The notes below the pieces were generated by a model that was not told where the DNA came from, ran no database searches, and saw only the letters and a program-made list of their open reading frames with translations. Below are positions 43,225-53,719 of a stretch of 64,000 nt of DNA, piece by piece. The stretch is from Candidatus Marinacidobacterales bacterium (GTDB taxonomy: Bacteria > Acidobacteriota > Vicinamibacteria > Marinacidobacterales > DATDRI01), in the NCBI GenBank assembly GCA_965219415.1, contig CBDCNP010000002.1, forward strand, positions 3,776,001 to 3,840,000, written 5' to 3'. How positions within the stretch are numbered: position 1 is the stretch's first letter; each line of letters begins with the position of its first letter. The position numbers and the translations under genes were made by a program.

Positions 43225-44618
43225 GGCTCCTCCTGCCCACCGCCGGAAAGTTCTTCCCGCTCCGTAAAGTAACGACCGATTGCCGACACGATGCGGGGAG
43301 GCACTTCGTAAACATGGTTATGGAGCACTTCTCGCCAAACGATCCGGTCACGATTCATTAGCCCGAGTCCGAACTGAACCATCAGCGAAAGGTTCCACAG
43401 GATGAAGAGACCCACCGCGGCATAAGAGCCGGCACGCCTAAGGAAAGGGCGCAGCGTCTCCATCACCAGCCCACCCCAAACCGCGAAGATGACGGTCGTG
43501 GCGACGAAACGCCGGGCGCCGAAGGCTCCCGCCATAGTCCAGGAATCCACCGCCCCCGAGATGTAAACCTGAGACAGGAAGCTCACCGCAAGCACGAAGC
43601 CTGCGCCGACCTCGCGCCGAAAGAGGAGTACCGCCCCCACGAAAAAAAGCACCAGCAACGGGCTCCAGAAAAGCAGGCCGTGCTCGCTCGAGAACAGCAC
43701 TTTGAAAAAGTGCGGCGAGTTCCAATACATCTTATTTGCAACGTGCGGCGAGGGAGCGGGGCGACCATAAAGGATTTGGTATACGAGTAACTGCGGCGCG
43801 AAAACGAAAAATGCGGCGGCACCGAAAGCCAGGACCCTTCTCACACGACCAGTTAGATCCGTTTCGAGCCGAGGAGACAGTGCCGCCACCAGAGCCGCCA
43901 CCGCGAACAAACCGTCCTGCTCGCGGATCAGCGCCATGAGCCCGGCCGAAACGCCCCACAGTGCCCAACGACCTAGCGAGCCCTCCGTTACCCACGGCCA
44001 AAGGCTGAAAAAAAGGGCGACCGCAAAGAGCGAAGCCGCATGGCTCATGCCCGGGGCGACATACATGTAGAAAGCCACCGGAGTCCCCCACCATAGACCC
44101 ACGACCGCTAGGAAGCAGGATTCCGCATCCGCGTAGCGACGTGCCAGCCGGTAGGAGAGAATGAGACCGATCGATCCGTAGATTGCCGAGGCCAGTGTCA
44201 CCGCCCATCGATAAGCACGTGAAAGACCATCGGGTTCGACCTCGGCACCGAACGATTGTGCCACCGAGGTCCCAGTGTGAGCGACCAGATAGAACGGTGC
44301 CCAGAGTAAAGCTGTTCCGATGGGGCCGAAGTTGTTCTTGAGCCCGGTGGGGGTCTCTCGATCGAGGAACGTCTCCTTGAAACCTTGGCGGCCTTCGGGA
44401 TCCTCCAGATAGAAGTACGTGTACTCGTTCGTGAAATCGAGATCCTGATCGAAGAGGATCGAGTGCAGGTAGGAAAAATACTCTACCGCGTCCGATTCCG
44501 CGATGCGGGGAGTTACCAGCACCAGCGATGCCAGCAGTAGGAGAGCCAGCAGAAGCTCGGCTTTTTCTCGGAAGGGTCGGAAAGACTTCAAAGCTCCTGT
44601 TTGAACCTCAGCCGCCAA
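43221..44618 (-). CDS. Polytopic GT-C-like (ArnT/PMT-like) membrane glycosyltransferase
   Basis: SDAVEYFSY, PIGTALLWAPF, MSHA, IREQD, HGLLFWSP, FGARRF; many TM helices. Confidence 0.75.
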   Translation of the reverse strand: MAAEVQTGALKSFRPFREKAELLLALLLLASLVLVTPRIAESDAVEYFSYLHSILFDQDLDFTNEYTYFYLEDPEGRQGFKETFLDRETPTGLKNNFGPIGTALLWAPFYLVAHTGTSVAQSFGAEVEPDGLSRAYRWAVTLASAIYGSIGLILSYRLARRYADAESCFLAVVGLWWGTPVAFYMYVAPGMSHAASLFAVALFFSLWPWVTEGSLGRWALWGVSAGLMALIREQDGLFAVAALVAALSPRLETDLTGRVRRVLAFGAAAFFVFAPQLLVYQILYGRPAPSPHVANKMYWNSPHFFKVLFSSEHGLLFWSPLLVLFFVGAVLLFRREVGAGFVLAVSFLSQVYISGAVDSWTMAGAFGARRFVATTVIFAVWGGLVMETLRPFLRRAGSYAAVGLFILWNLSLMVQFGLGLMNRDRIVWREVLHNHVYEVPPRIVSAIGRYFTEREELSGGGQEEP

Positions 44619-45750
44619 CCGCCGCTTTGTAGAGACTCAAGTATGTTTCCAACGCCGCCTCGGGGCGGAACCGTTCTTCGATGTGTTGCAAGGTCTCCGC
44701 CGTGGAGCGGCGTGGCGCGGAAATCGAGGCCAGGACCTCGCGTGCCAATGCGCCCGGGTCACGCAGCGGAACGAGTTGCACATCGCCAGGAAAGAGCTCC
44801 TTCAACTCCGTTCCGCCGGGATGCTCCGCGGAAACCACCGGTGTGCCCGACGCGAGAGATTCCGCGGCCACGGTGGGGAAGGCTTCGAGAACGGACGGCA
44901 ACACAAAGAGATCGGCTGCCGTGTAATACGCGGGCAGCTCTCGATTGTCCACCAGTCCCAGAAGCTTGACCGCCTGGGCCAACTCCTTTTCCGCGATGAG
45001 TGCTTCCAACTCGGCGCGCGACTCGCCCTCGCCGGCGATCCACAACTTCGCAGAAGGAAAGCTTTTTAGAATCTCCGGCATCGCCTCGACCATGTAACGC
45101 TGGCCGGCCAGTGGATGGAGCCTCTTGACGTTCAGGATTAAAGGACCCGAGTCGGCACCCAGCTCCCGCCGCGTGTTCTCGCGCTCTTCCGCACCGACAA
45201 CGCGAAACGCGCGATCCACTGGCGGATAGACTACCGACCGATTGGAAGGCTCCACTCCCAATTCGATCGACCGCTCCAATAGACCCCGGCTGTAGTAGGT
45301 CACGTGTGCGGCGCGACGATTCATCCAGAGGAATGGATCAACGGGACGCTTGCGACGGAAGTGCCAGATCTCGGTTCCATAGTGCGTGAGAATAAACGGC
45401 CGTCCATGTTGCGAAGCGAGGGCCGCCGAGACCTGGTTCATGAACGTGTTGCTATGGACGTGCACCACGTCCGCACGCGAGATGGGTTTTCGCGCCTTGG
45501 CGAAAACCGTCGACGCGGTCGATAGCTGCGAAAGCTTGAGCTTCTTGCTCCAGCCGTGAGTTCCCGGCCGGTCGATGTAGACGACGTCCGACCGTCCCGA
45601 CGTATTGACCGGCTCTCCGTGTCGAGGCCGAAAAGCCACGAAGCTCACTTGGTGCCCGCCTGCCACCAAACCGTCCCCGAGCAACTGCGGTAGGAGCGCG
45701 TTGGCGGCGAGATCGGGTGGCAAATGGGGCGTCACCATACAGACTCTCAA
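44608..45750 (-). CDS. GT4 glycosyltransferase
   Basis: TTG start at 45750 (MRVCMVTP); KRLHPLAG; EAFPTVAAESLASGTPVV. Confidence 0.9.
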   Translation of the reverse strand: MRVCMVTPHLPPDLAANALLPQLLGDGLVAGGHQVSFVAFRPRHGEPVNTSGRSDVVYIDRPGTHGWSKKLKLSQLSTASTVFAKARKPISRADVVHVHSNTFMNQVSAALASQHGRPFILTHYGTEIWHFRRKRPVDPFLWMNRRAAHVTYYSRGLLERSIELGVEPSNRSVVYPPVDRAFRVVGAEERENTRRELGADSGPLILNVKRLHPLAGQRYMVEAMPEILKSFPSAKLWIAGEGESRAELEALIAEKELAQAVKLLGLVDNRELPAYYTAADLFVLPSVLEAFPTVAAESLASGTPVVSAEHPGGTELKELFPGDVQLVPLRDPGALAREVLASISAPRRSTAETLQHIEERFRPEAALETYLSLYKAAVGG

Positions 45751-46694
45751 GCCCGCTCTCCCCACTCCCGGTGAAACTCGCGGAAGGTCCTTCCAGCGGC
45801 GCCCCTCTCGGCTAGGAAGCGGAGCAGCGTCGATAGATTCTCGTAGAAAGTCTCGACGTCCTCCGGCGTGCTGTTGTAAGGGCTTCCTCCCGGAATCAAC
45901 TCGCTGGAGTGGAAGATGATGTTCGCCACCGGCATCTTGGCTTTCAACAAGTGCTCGGCTAGCCACAGCATGTCTTCGGTCTTCGAATAGGACGGTCGCA
46001 GCCATATCGGTCGGACGATACGCAGAAGTCGTAGCACTCGACGGAAGGTATAGGCGGGGGTAAAGTCCGCGTAGGCGGTTTCTAGCCGATGAGGTAGCCT
46101 TCGATTGAGAGCACTGGTGATCGGTATCTCTAGGAGTCGACTCGCTCCTGCACGGCGCGGATCCCCGCCGCTAACAAAGTAAGGCTCGAGACGAGCACCC
46201 GCGAACGAGGGCCCTCCTTTCGTCCGCTCGTTGAAGAAGGGATCGACGCTCGAGTCCACCGTATACCCTTCTGACTCCAAGGCTCCGACGTGGGATCCGG
46301 TAAAACCATTCCGGCCCGAACGGTAGGAAACTGGAGATTCCCCGGTCACTTCTCCAACCGCTTCGGTCAAGGCGCGAAGCTGAGAACGAAATTGCTCCAG
46401 GCTCAGATTGAGCGGAAAGAGATGGCCGTCGCTCGGCGGGGGCGTCGTCCACGGGTGGTGGTGAGAACCGATCTCACATCGACCCTCATGGGCAAGGTCC
46501 CGGAGAATGGAACGGCTTACCGGATCCTTGGCGACTTCATAGGTGACGAGATAGGTAGGTCGAACTCCATACTGATCGCACAGTTTCTGTAGCCTCGGAA
46601 GCTCGGTAATGTTCCGAAGCATGATCTTGTCACGGCCCGCCGCGCTCCACTGGTCATCCGCCTCGGTGTCGACACCGAGCAGAACCCGCGTCAT
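45747..46694 (-). CDS. Polysaccharide deacetylase-like (WalW-type) protein
   Basis: GVDTEAD, RPTYLV, EIGSHHHPW, YRSGR, DSSV, FHSSEL. Confidence 0.85.
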   Translation of the reverse strand: MTRVLLGVDTEADDQWSAAGRDKIMLRNITELPRLQKLCDQYGVRPTYLVTYEVAKDPVSRSILRDLAHEGRCEIGSHHHPWTTPPPSDGHLFPLNLSLEQFRSQLRALTEAVGEVTGESPVSYRSGRNGFTGSHVGALESEGYTVDSSVDPFFNERTKGGPSFAGARLEPYFVSGGDPRRAGASRLLEIPITSALNRRLPHRLETAYADFTPAYTFRRVLRLLRIVRPIWLRPSYSKTEDMLWLAEHLLKAKMPVANIIFHSSELIPGGSPYNSTPEDVETFYENLSTLLRFLAERGAAGRTFREFHREWGERA

Positions 46695-47812
46695 TGATGT
46701 CGATCCTGATCGGAATCCCCGAACGCCACATGCCAACGGGAGGTGTCACGGAAAAAGGACTCGCTCGCGTACTGTTCGCGGATCCGCAAGCAGAACTGCA
46801 TGGGGCTCCCGATCTCGAAAAAACCCTTGTAACGAAGTCGCCGCGCGAGGCGTTGATCGAACGTGAAACTTTGAAGCCGGGCCACCCGATTCTTTCGTCC
46901 CCACGCCGCGGCACGATCGAGTAGCGCGTCGAGCACCGTCCGATCTTCAGGGTGCGCGAACAAGTCTACGATCAGCCCCAGTCGAACACCGCCTGCCTCA
47001 GCGGCGCGAAGAACGATAAAGCCCGCCACTTCCCCGTCGCGCAGCGCTTGAAAGATCTCGTAAGACACATGGGGAGCACGGTGGTACTTCCATTCCAGGT
47101 AAGTCGCCTTCCGCTCGGCAACGAAATCAAAGCCGGGGGAAGCCTTTTTCCACAGGCGATCGAAACCGTCACCAAACGCTCCTTCGAGCCGCTGCACGTC
47201 GACCCCTTCTCGGGATGTCGGCGATGTCCCGCCGGCTTTCCGACCGCGAGCCGGAAACGCGGCGCCCAAAAAGGTCTTGGCCAACGGCGAGACGAGGCGG
47301 GCGGGTAGAGATCCGATCCGTCGCGCGAAGAGCATGGCGGGATCGAGAATGCGTGTGTAGCAGGGGACGGGTCCCACGTCGTGCCATTGGAGCTTTTGGA
47401 AAAGAGTGTAGGATGCGAGGGATAGCCCCAGGCCAAGCGATGCCTCGACATTCTGGTCCCAGTACAAAAATAGCCGGGAGCCCACTCCCTTTCTTTGCAC
47501 CGAAGAACGCACCATCACGTCCATGCCCCAGGATGCGCGCACGATATGGTCCTTGACCTTGAGGCGGACCGGCATGGATGCGTATTGCCCTAGAACCTCC
47601 CCACCCTCTTTGGCCACCCAGATCTCAGGCCCCTCGTCCGGGCAATGGGGGTTCTCCTGGTATTGCCACTGCCAGCGCCCGCGGTTGAGTCGCGCGGCCT
47701 CGGTACCGAAAACCTCGGCGTACATGCCCTCGAGGGCTTCCTCGTCTTCGGGTTGTCGCCGGCCGATCACGATCTCGTCCCGAGCGCGGGTAGATCCGTT
47801 GCCTGAGCTCAT
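46691..47812 (-). CDS. GNAT-family N-acetyltransferase (tandem GNAT)
   Basis: WQWQYQENP, DVMVRSSVQRKGVG, YLEWKY, GDSD C-terminus. Confidence 0.85.
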   Translation of the reverse strand: MSSGNGSTRARDEIVIGRRQPEDEEALEGMYAEVFGTEAARLNRGRWQWQYQENPHCPDEGPEIWVAKEGGEVLGQYASMPVRLKVKDHIVRASWGMDVMVRSSVQRKGVGSRLFLYWDQNVEASLGLGLSLASYTLFQKLQWHDVGPVPCYTRILDPAMLFARRIGSLPARLVSPLAKTFLGAAFPARGRKAGGTSPTSREGVDVQRLEGAFGDGFDRLWKKASPGFDFVAERKATYLEWKYHRAPHVSYEIFQALRDGEVAGFIVLRAAEAGGVRLGLIVDLFAHPEDRTVLDALLDRAAAWGRKNRVARLQSFTFDQRLARRLRYKGFFEIGSPMQFCLRIREQYASESFFRDTSRWHVAFGDSDQDRHQ

Positions 47813-47890
47813 CGTGAAACAGTGGATGTTAGCACAGCGACCCGAGAGACCGCATGTAAGCCCTGCTAAAGAAGAGTGATAGACGCCGAG

Positions 47891-49262
47891 GAGCTACCCT
47901 CAGAAGGTGTGGAAATAAAGTAAAGGCGGAGTAACCTTCCGCGTCACGAAACACGGCGTGAAGGGGCCAACGGAAGGAGACACCGCCATGAAGGAAAAGA
48001 CCACAAGACGACGGAGCTCGTCAAGGGTGGCTTGGGAGTCGCTGGAGAAGTGGGCGAGGCTCGAGATCCAGGATTGGGTGCAGGAGCTGATGGTAGCCGA
48101 AGTCACGGAGCTTCTCGGGCGTGAGAAATCGGAGAGACGGAAGCCCGTGGACACAACGGCGGGCTATCGAAATGGATACGGTAAGCCTCGGAAGCTGACG
48201 ATGAGCGTGGGCACGGTGACGGTTCGCCGGCCGAGAGTAGGGGACGTGGAGGAGAGGTTCGAAAGTCGAGTGCTTCCGCTGTTCAAGCGTCGGAGCGAAA
48301 CGGTGAGCGAGTTGATTCCGGAGCTGTACCTGCATGGACTAGCTCACGGAGATTTCGATTTGGCGCTCCGCGGGCTTCTAGGGGAGGACGCTCCACTTTC
48401 TCCCAGCACGGTGTCGCGGCTGAAACAGAAATGGCAGGGAGAGTACGAGCAGTGGCTAGCTCGCCCACTGGACGAACTCGAGCTCGTGTCCCTGTGGGTA
48501 GATGGCGTGTACGTGAAGGCCGGCCTTGAGAAGGACAAGGCGGCGGTGCTAGTTGCGGTTGGTGGCCTGTCCGACGGGACGAAAATCGTCCTGACGCTGG
48601 AGGCCGGGCATCGAGAATCCGAAGCGTCATGGTCGTCGCTGCTACGGAGACTGAAGAAGCGCGGTCTGAGATGTCCCCGTTTGGTGATCGGTGACGGTCA
48701 TCTCGGCATCTGGGCCGCGACCCGAAACGTATTTCCAGGAGCTGAGGAGCAGCAGTGCTGGAACCACCGAATCCTCAACGTACTGGACCGGATTCCGAAA
48801 AGGGACCAGGCGCAGGCCAAGCCGCTGTTGACGGCGACCCCCTACCCCACCAGCCTGCAGGAGTGCGAGACGAAGAAGGCCAAGTTCCAGGATTGGTGCT
48901 TGCGCAAGGGTCTTCCGGGGGCCGCGCACGTGCTCGACGAGGACTGGGAGCGGATGGTCAGCTTCTATTCCTTTCCCAAGCCTCACTGGCAACACCTTCG
49001 CACGAGCAACGTCGTGGAGTCACCGTTCGCTGCACTGAGATTGAGAACGGATGCGGCCAAAAGGTTCAAGAAAGTCGAGTCCGCCACTGCGACAATCTTC
49101 AAACTGCTTCTGGTTGCGGAGAAGAATTTTCGCCGGCTCAACGCACCGGAGCTGATGCGAGAGGTTCACCTGGGCGTTCGATTTGAAGATGGAGACAGGG
49201 TAACGGAGTCGTCGAAGGTTGCTGCTGCCTAAACTTTTTTACACACCTATTGACAAGAGCTC
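47891..49262 (+). mobile_element. IS256-family insertion sequence
   Basis: IRs GAGCTACCCTCAGAAGGTGTG / rc GAGCTCTTGTCAATAGGTGTG; flanks GACGCCGAG and GACGCCTAG (9 bp, 1 mismatch). Confidence 0.9.
47958..49232 (+). CDS. IS256 (mutator-type) transposase
   Basis: YRNGY, WVDG, IGDG, QCWNH, RTSNVVES. Confidence 0.95.
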   Translation: MKGPTEGDTAMKEKTTRRRSSSRVAWESLEKWARLEIQDWVQELMVAEVTELLGREKSERRKPVDTTAGYRNGYGKPRKLTMSVGTVTVRRPRVGDVEERFESRVLPLFKRRSETVSELIPELYLHGLAHGDFDLALRGLLGEDAPLSPSTVSRLKQKWQGEYEQWLARPLDELELVSLWVDGVYVKAGLEKDKAAVLVAVGGLSDGTKIVLTLEAGHRESEASWSSLLRRLKKRGLRCPRLVIGDGHLGIWAATRNVFPGAEEQQCWNHRILNVLDRIPKRDQAQAKPLLTATPYPTSLQECETKKAKFQDWCLRKGLPGAAHVLDEDWERMVSFYSFPKPHWQHLRTSNVVESPFAALRLRTDAAKRFKKVESATATIFKLLLVAEKNFRRLNAPELMREVHLGVRFEDGDRVTESSKVAAA

Positions 49263-49341
49263 GACGCCTAGCCCCACACACTCTGCGCCGTGGTAGGGAC
49301 GGTTGGAAAGGCGTCACTATTGCCTGATAAGGTAGCCGGGT

Positions 49342-49623
49342 ATGCACTGTCTGATGGGATGTTTGGCTCTTCTGACTCCTCGCCTGGCCATTCTCCTGGT
49401 GTTTTTCTTCAGCAACTACATCGGTCGCGCCTATGAGACGGCGCTCTGGCCCCTCCTAGGCTTCGTCTTCATGCCCTTGACGGCCCTCGCGTACGCGTGG
49501 GCGGTTAATACCAATTCCACGGTGACGGGGATTTACTTGGTGGTGGTAGTGATTGCCGTTCTGATCGATTTGGGGCTTGTCGGAACGAGCGCGTCGGCTC
49601 GGCGAAGAAGGGGGAACTGGTAG
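49342..49623 (+). CDS. Small membrane protein
   Basis: Three hydrophobic segments, WPLLGFVFMP, basic tail. Confidence 0.75.
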   Translation: MHCLMGCLALLTPRLAILLVFFFSNYIGRAYETALWPLLGFVFMPLTALAYAWAVNTNSTVTGIYLVVVVIAVLIDLGLVGTSASARRRRGNW

Positions 49624-49673
49624 AAAGGGACAGGCCAGTCGAGTGACCAGCGTGTCCCCGAGATTCGGTAATT

Positions 49674-49895
49674 TTAGTCGTGAGTGACGGTTAACTGGTA
49701 GATGGCGTTATCGGCCATGACCCGGATCTTGTCGTCGATCATGATGCGCCGGACATACGAGATGTCGTTGTGGACGCCTTCCACTCCCTTGACCTTCTTG
49801 GCGGCCTCTTCGGCGTCAGTCCGCAACTGCGTGCTGATGGCCATGCCCTTGAGGTCGACGACATTACCCGAGCACGCCACCGATGTAAAGCGCTG
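49674..49895 (-). pseudogene. Orphan BON-domain fragment
   Basis: GNVVDLKG...AEEAAKKVKGVEGVHNDI...DDKIR. Confidence 0.55.
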
Positions 49896-49900
49896 TCCCG

Positions 49901-50767
49901 TCATTGGTTCTCGAGGACCGGCACGCCGAGCACAACCGACAAGACGATGGACAACACGGTGAGCGCAATGCAAACGAGCGCCACCAGCAGATGGTCTCCC
50001 CTCTCCGGCAACAAGGGATCCAAGAAGCGTGCCGTGTAATATCCACCGGCGAAACCGCCCGCGTGAGCGTAGTTGTCGACACCGGGAAAGACCAGCCCGA
50101 AGATAAAAAGGATCACCGCGTAGCTCACCGCCTGTCGGCCCAGGAGACTGCTCCCTCCGCGCTTTCCATAGAAAACGAGCGCCCCGAGCAAGCCGAAAAT
50201 AGGAGCCGAAGCCCCTACCGTGAAAATAGCACCTCGCAGAAGGGGGAAAGGGAAAGCTCCGAGGTAGTATCCGGCGAGGCTGCTGAGTACGAAGCCGGTG
50301 ATCGAGGACACGGTGTAGATGACGACCAGGCGGGCCGGGCCGTAGGCCTCCGCAGTCGCGGGAGCCAGTTGGCGCACCCACATCATGTTGAAACCGATGT
50401 GAATCAAGCCGCCGTGGAGCCAAGCCGCACTCAGGACGGTCCACCACCGACCATACTCGAAGACCGGCGCCGCCCCGCTTGCTCCGAAGAGAAAGAGCGC
50501 GCGGACGCCCGGCGACAAAAAAGACAATGCGCCGCCGGTTCTAATGCTCGAGGGATCGATCAGAAGCGTCGCCACGTAGAGCGTCACGCATCCCGCGAGC
50601 ACCATCTGCGTGAAACCCAGATCCATGCCCAGCCGACGCAGCATCGGAGCATAGCCCCAGAGGCCCGGGTTCCACCGGCTGCAATTCATGCAGCGCTCGT
50701 CGTTCACGCCCACCAAACTGCCGCAGCCGGCGCAGAGCACCGATCCGGTCTTTTGTGGTCCCCACAT
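49901..50767 (-). CDS. Rhomboid intramembrane serine protease with N-terminal zinc ribbon
   Basis: CxxC...CxxC, HGGLIHIGFNM, VGASA (normally GASG), AHAGG. Confidence 0.92.
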   Translation of the reverse strand: MWGPQKTGSVLCAGCGSLVGVNDERCMNCSRWNPGLWGYAPMLRRLGMDLGFTQMVLAGCVTLYVATLLIDPSSIRTGGALSFLSPGVRALFLFGASGAAPVFEYGRWWTVLSAAWLHGGLIHIGFNMMWVRQLAPATAEAYGPARLVVIYTVSSITGFVLSSLAGYYLGAFPFPLLRGAIFTVGASAPIFGLLGALVFYGKRGGSSLLGRQAVSYAVILFIFGLVFPGVDNYAHAGGFAGGYYTARFLDPLLPERGDHLLVALVCIALTVLSIVLSVVLGVPVLENQ

Positions 50768-50769
50768 AG

Positions 50770-50836
50770 TTGCTATCATTATGTTCCAAAGGGCTGCTAT
50801 GGCCGAACGAGTTGTGTAGTCGTTGCAGCCGGTGTG
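50770..50836 (+). repeat. Diverged direct repeat of the Nudix gene promoter and first ~12 codons (partner 55344-55413)
   Basis: TTGCTATCATTA-TGTTCCAAAGGGCTGCTATGGCCGAACGAGTTGTGT-AGTCGTTGCAGCCGGTGTG vs TTGCTATCATTAGTGTTCTAAGAGAGCCGTTATGCCCGAACGCGTTGCGTTAGTCGTTGCAGCCGGCGTG. Confidence 0.88.
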
Positions 50837-50888
50837 ATCTGAGGAATCTGGCAGGCCTTCAGCCCGTCAGCCTACCGGTCGGACGTTC

Positions 50889-51777
50889 TTATTGGGCGTC
50901 TTGGGCTACCCACTGCGGATCCGCACTTGTCCGCCCCCGGATTTTCTCCGCGGAAACCGTTGTTGCCGGCCGCCGAGAGATCGGAGACAACCTGTCCCGA
51001 GCCTTCGTCGAAGCTCCAATAGCCCACCAGAGCGGGGGAGTCTCGATCCACGCCGGAGTCGAAAACCTCGTTGATCTCACCGTCAGTTAGAACGACGTTC
51101 CACATGGCGGGCTCGTCTATGAGCCCGGGGAAAAACCAAACCGGAGGTTCCCGCCCGCCGGGGGGCGGTCCGATCGTGCCGAAGGTGCACCCGACCGACA
51201 ACACCTGGAAGTTGTTCGAGGAAGGGACGCCGGTGCTCTGGCAGCTCGCCTCCCTGTTTCCATCGACGTAGACGCTCAACTCGCCGAAACCACTGCGTGT
51301 GACGGCGACGTGGTGCCAAACATCGTCGGCCACGAAGAGGTTGCCGCTGCTGCACGAGCCTGACGGCGTGCAGCTGTTCGAGGGATAGCAGTAGTTGTTT
51401 TCCCTCGAGTCCTCGAGCATGACCTCGAGGGTTCCGTCCGGCAGCACGTAGAGCTGCCAACTCAGATTGAAGGAGTTGTCATCCTCGCCCAGGGCGATGA
51501 CCGAGGCCCGCCCCTGCGGCGGTGTGAGCTTGATCCAGGCACCGATGGTGAAGATTTCCGTGGGGAACGACGGGTCGTATGGCACCGTGACGCGATCGTC
51601 GGATCCGTCGAACCTGAGCGCACTCGCGCCTCCCGGGACCGCCGGAGCGTTCTCGACAGCGTCCGGCTCCTCGACGACGTCGGGCCCGGTCGGCCCGGCG
51701 TCATCCGCGTCGTCGCCACATGAGAGGAGCGCAATCGCGGAAAGTCCAATGAAAACTACGAGACAACGTCTATGCAA
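50889..51777 (-). CDS. LamG/concanavalin-like domain lipoprotein (frameshift near the C-terminus)
   Basis: Lipobox LLSC; ALRFDG, FTIGAWIK, WHHVAVT, GLIDE, VGYWSFDEGSG. Confidence 0.85.
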
Positions 51778-52043
51778 CGTTCACCTCTACGGCTTCTCCC
51801 GCTCCGGCCGCTGACTCCTAAATCTCTCGATGCGCTCCCTCCGGGAATGCAGGCCCTCCGGGTTGAGCCAATCGTTTTACGAAGCATGTTCCACACTCCT
51901 CTCCGCGTTCTCGCTGGTACATTGTAGCCAGCTAGAACCCTCTGGCTCATCAAATTTTCGTAAAGGTTCTGTTAAGAATGTAAAGGAGGGCGAACTTTAT
52001 TTCACCAAGCTTTTCCGCTCGTCTGAGACGTCCGCTCGGCTTC

Positions 52044-53678
52044 CTATTGAATCGTGACCATCGCCGGAGAGGAGCATGACTCGTTGCCGGCCGCGTCAGT
52101 GGCGCAGATCCGGTAGGTCAGCGTCTCCGCCGATGGGGTTTCGATCCCTGCTCGCCAGAGGAATTCTCCGTACCAAATCATCGGCAGCTCACCGGTCTGG
52201 CTGTCTGCCGTCCAGCGCACGACAACGGATTGCCAATCGTGAGGCATGGTGGGGCTCTTGTTGTCGTGGACTCGGGCGCGAATGCTCAGCGTCGCACCGA
52301 CTTCGGAACTCTTGATCTCTTCTACGAGGGATATGACAGGCGGTGCTGTGTCGACCGGGATATTCGTGCCCAAATACACTTTGTCCTCGAAAGCACCTTG
52401 GTCGATCTTCGCGATCGTCTCGCCCTGCGCCTGAACGACGTCGAGTCTGTGATCCCCGTTCAGATCGGCAACGGCGTGGTGAAGCGTTCCGTCGGTGGGC
52501 CTGCCGCCGTAAAAGACATCCGGGGCCTGCCGCAAATACCCTACGCCGTCGTTGAGAAGAAGCCGGTCGGGACCGGTCAGGGATGCTATGAGCACATCGG
52601 CGTCCCCATCGGAATCGTAGTCGAGATAGACGGCAACGTTGTCGTCGTAGCCGGGGTTTTCCTCATCCGGCCAGTGGGTCGGAGAGACGTCGACGAATCC
52701 CCCACTCCCGTCGTTGAGAAAGATGTGCTGGCGGTGAGTGTACCTACCTAACCCTCCGGAAGCTTCTCCGTCATTGATGGTTATCAGGTCAAGAAACTCG
52801 TCCCCGTTTAGATCGATCGCCTCGAAGTCGTAATTGTTCTGGTACTGCGGGAGTTTTTCCCTCGAAACGTCGGTGAATCTCCCGTTCCCGTCATTCTCGA
52901 AAAGGAGGCTGCTCGCGTTGAAACGGGCGGTCACGAGCACATCGAGGTCGTAGTCGTTATCGACGTCCACCAGCTCACACTCCCAGGCGAGCTTAGCCGA
53001 GACGGGGGGCATCCGGTCCTCGGTCGCATCCTTGAAATGGCCGCTTCCGTCGTTGAGCCAAAGCATCGACCGCCCGCCATCGTTCTCTGCCGGGTCTCCC
53101 AGCCCCCAATCGGACAACAACACGTCCAGGTCACCGTCGCCGTCCACATCTCCGAGCTCGAGGTCCGAAACACTCGCTTTCAACTGAGGGAGGTGACCGG
53201 CAGTGACATCGGTAAAGCCTCCTTTGCCGTCTCCCAGATAGAGCCTGCTCTGATCCTGGAACACCGTTCCGATGATGATGTCCGGATTGCCGTCCGAGTT
53301 GATGTCTCGTGCCTTGATGACGCGCGAAAGCCATCGCTGGTCACCATAGATCGATTCGCTTGCATCGGTGAACGTGTTGCCCGGCCCTTGGTTTAGATAG
53401 ACACGGCTCATCGTCGGGTCCAGGGGTTCATGGTTTGTGCCGCCCATGGCAAAAAGCAGATCGGGTAAACGGTCCCCGTTCAGGTCGGCGATATCGACCC
53501 GGTTCGTCCAGTACTCGGTGACACCGATGGTTTCTGCAGTGGCATCTTTCCAGAGGTCGGCAGGGAGCTCCTCGATGCTTTGCCGCGCCGGTTCGGCAGC
53601 ACACCCGACCATAGCGCCCAGCATCAAGGAAACACCGCTTAGAAGCACGTATGTGTGAGTTATTTTTCTCATCGTCAA
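52044..53678 (-). CDS. FG-GAP/VCBS repeat lipoprotein
   Basis: Repeated DLNGD/DVDGDGDLD/NDGSG.F.D motifs. Confidence 0.9.
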   Translation of the reverse strand: MTMRKITHTYVLLSGVSLMLGAMVGCAAEPARQSIEELPADLWKDATAETIGVTEYWTNRVDIADLNGDRLPDLLFAMGGTNHEPLDPTMSRVYLNQGPGNTFTDASESIYGDQRWLSRVIKARDINSDGNPDIIIGTVFQDQSRLYLGDGKGGFTDVTAGHLPQLKASVSDLELGDVDGDGDLDVLLSDWGLGDPAENDGGRSMLWLNDGSGHFKDATEDRMPPVSAKLAWECELVDVDNDYDLDVLVTARFNASSLLFENDGNGRFTDVSREKLPQYQNNYDFEAIDLNGDEFLDLITINDGEASGGLGRYTHRQHIFLNDGSGGFVDVSPTHWPDEENPGYDDNVAVYLDYDSDGDADVLIASLTGPDRLLLNDGVGYLRQAPDVFYGGRPTDGTLHHAVADLNGDHRLDVVQAQGETIAKIDQGAFEDKVYLGTNIPVDTAPPVISLVEEIKSSEVGATLSIRARVHDNKSPTMPHDWQSVVVRWTADSQTGELPMIWYGEFLWRAGIETPSAETLTYRICATDAAGNESCSSPAMVTIQ

Positions 53679-53719
53679 GGCAAAAGGCTGTCTAGAGCTC
53701 CCCTGTACGATTTGCGAAT

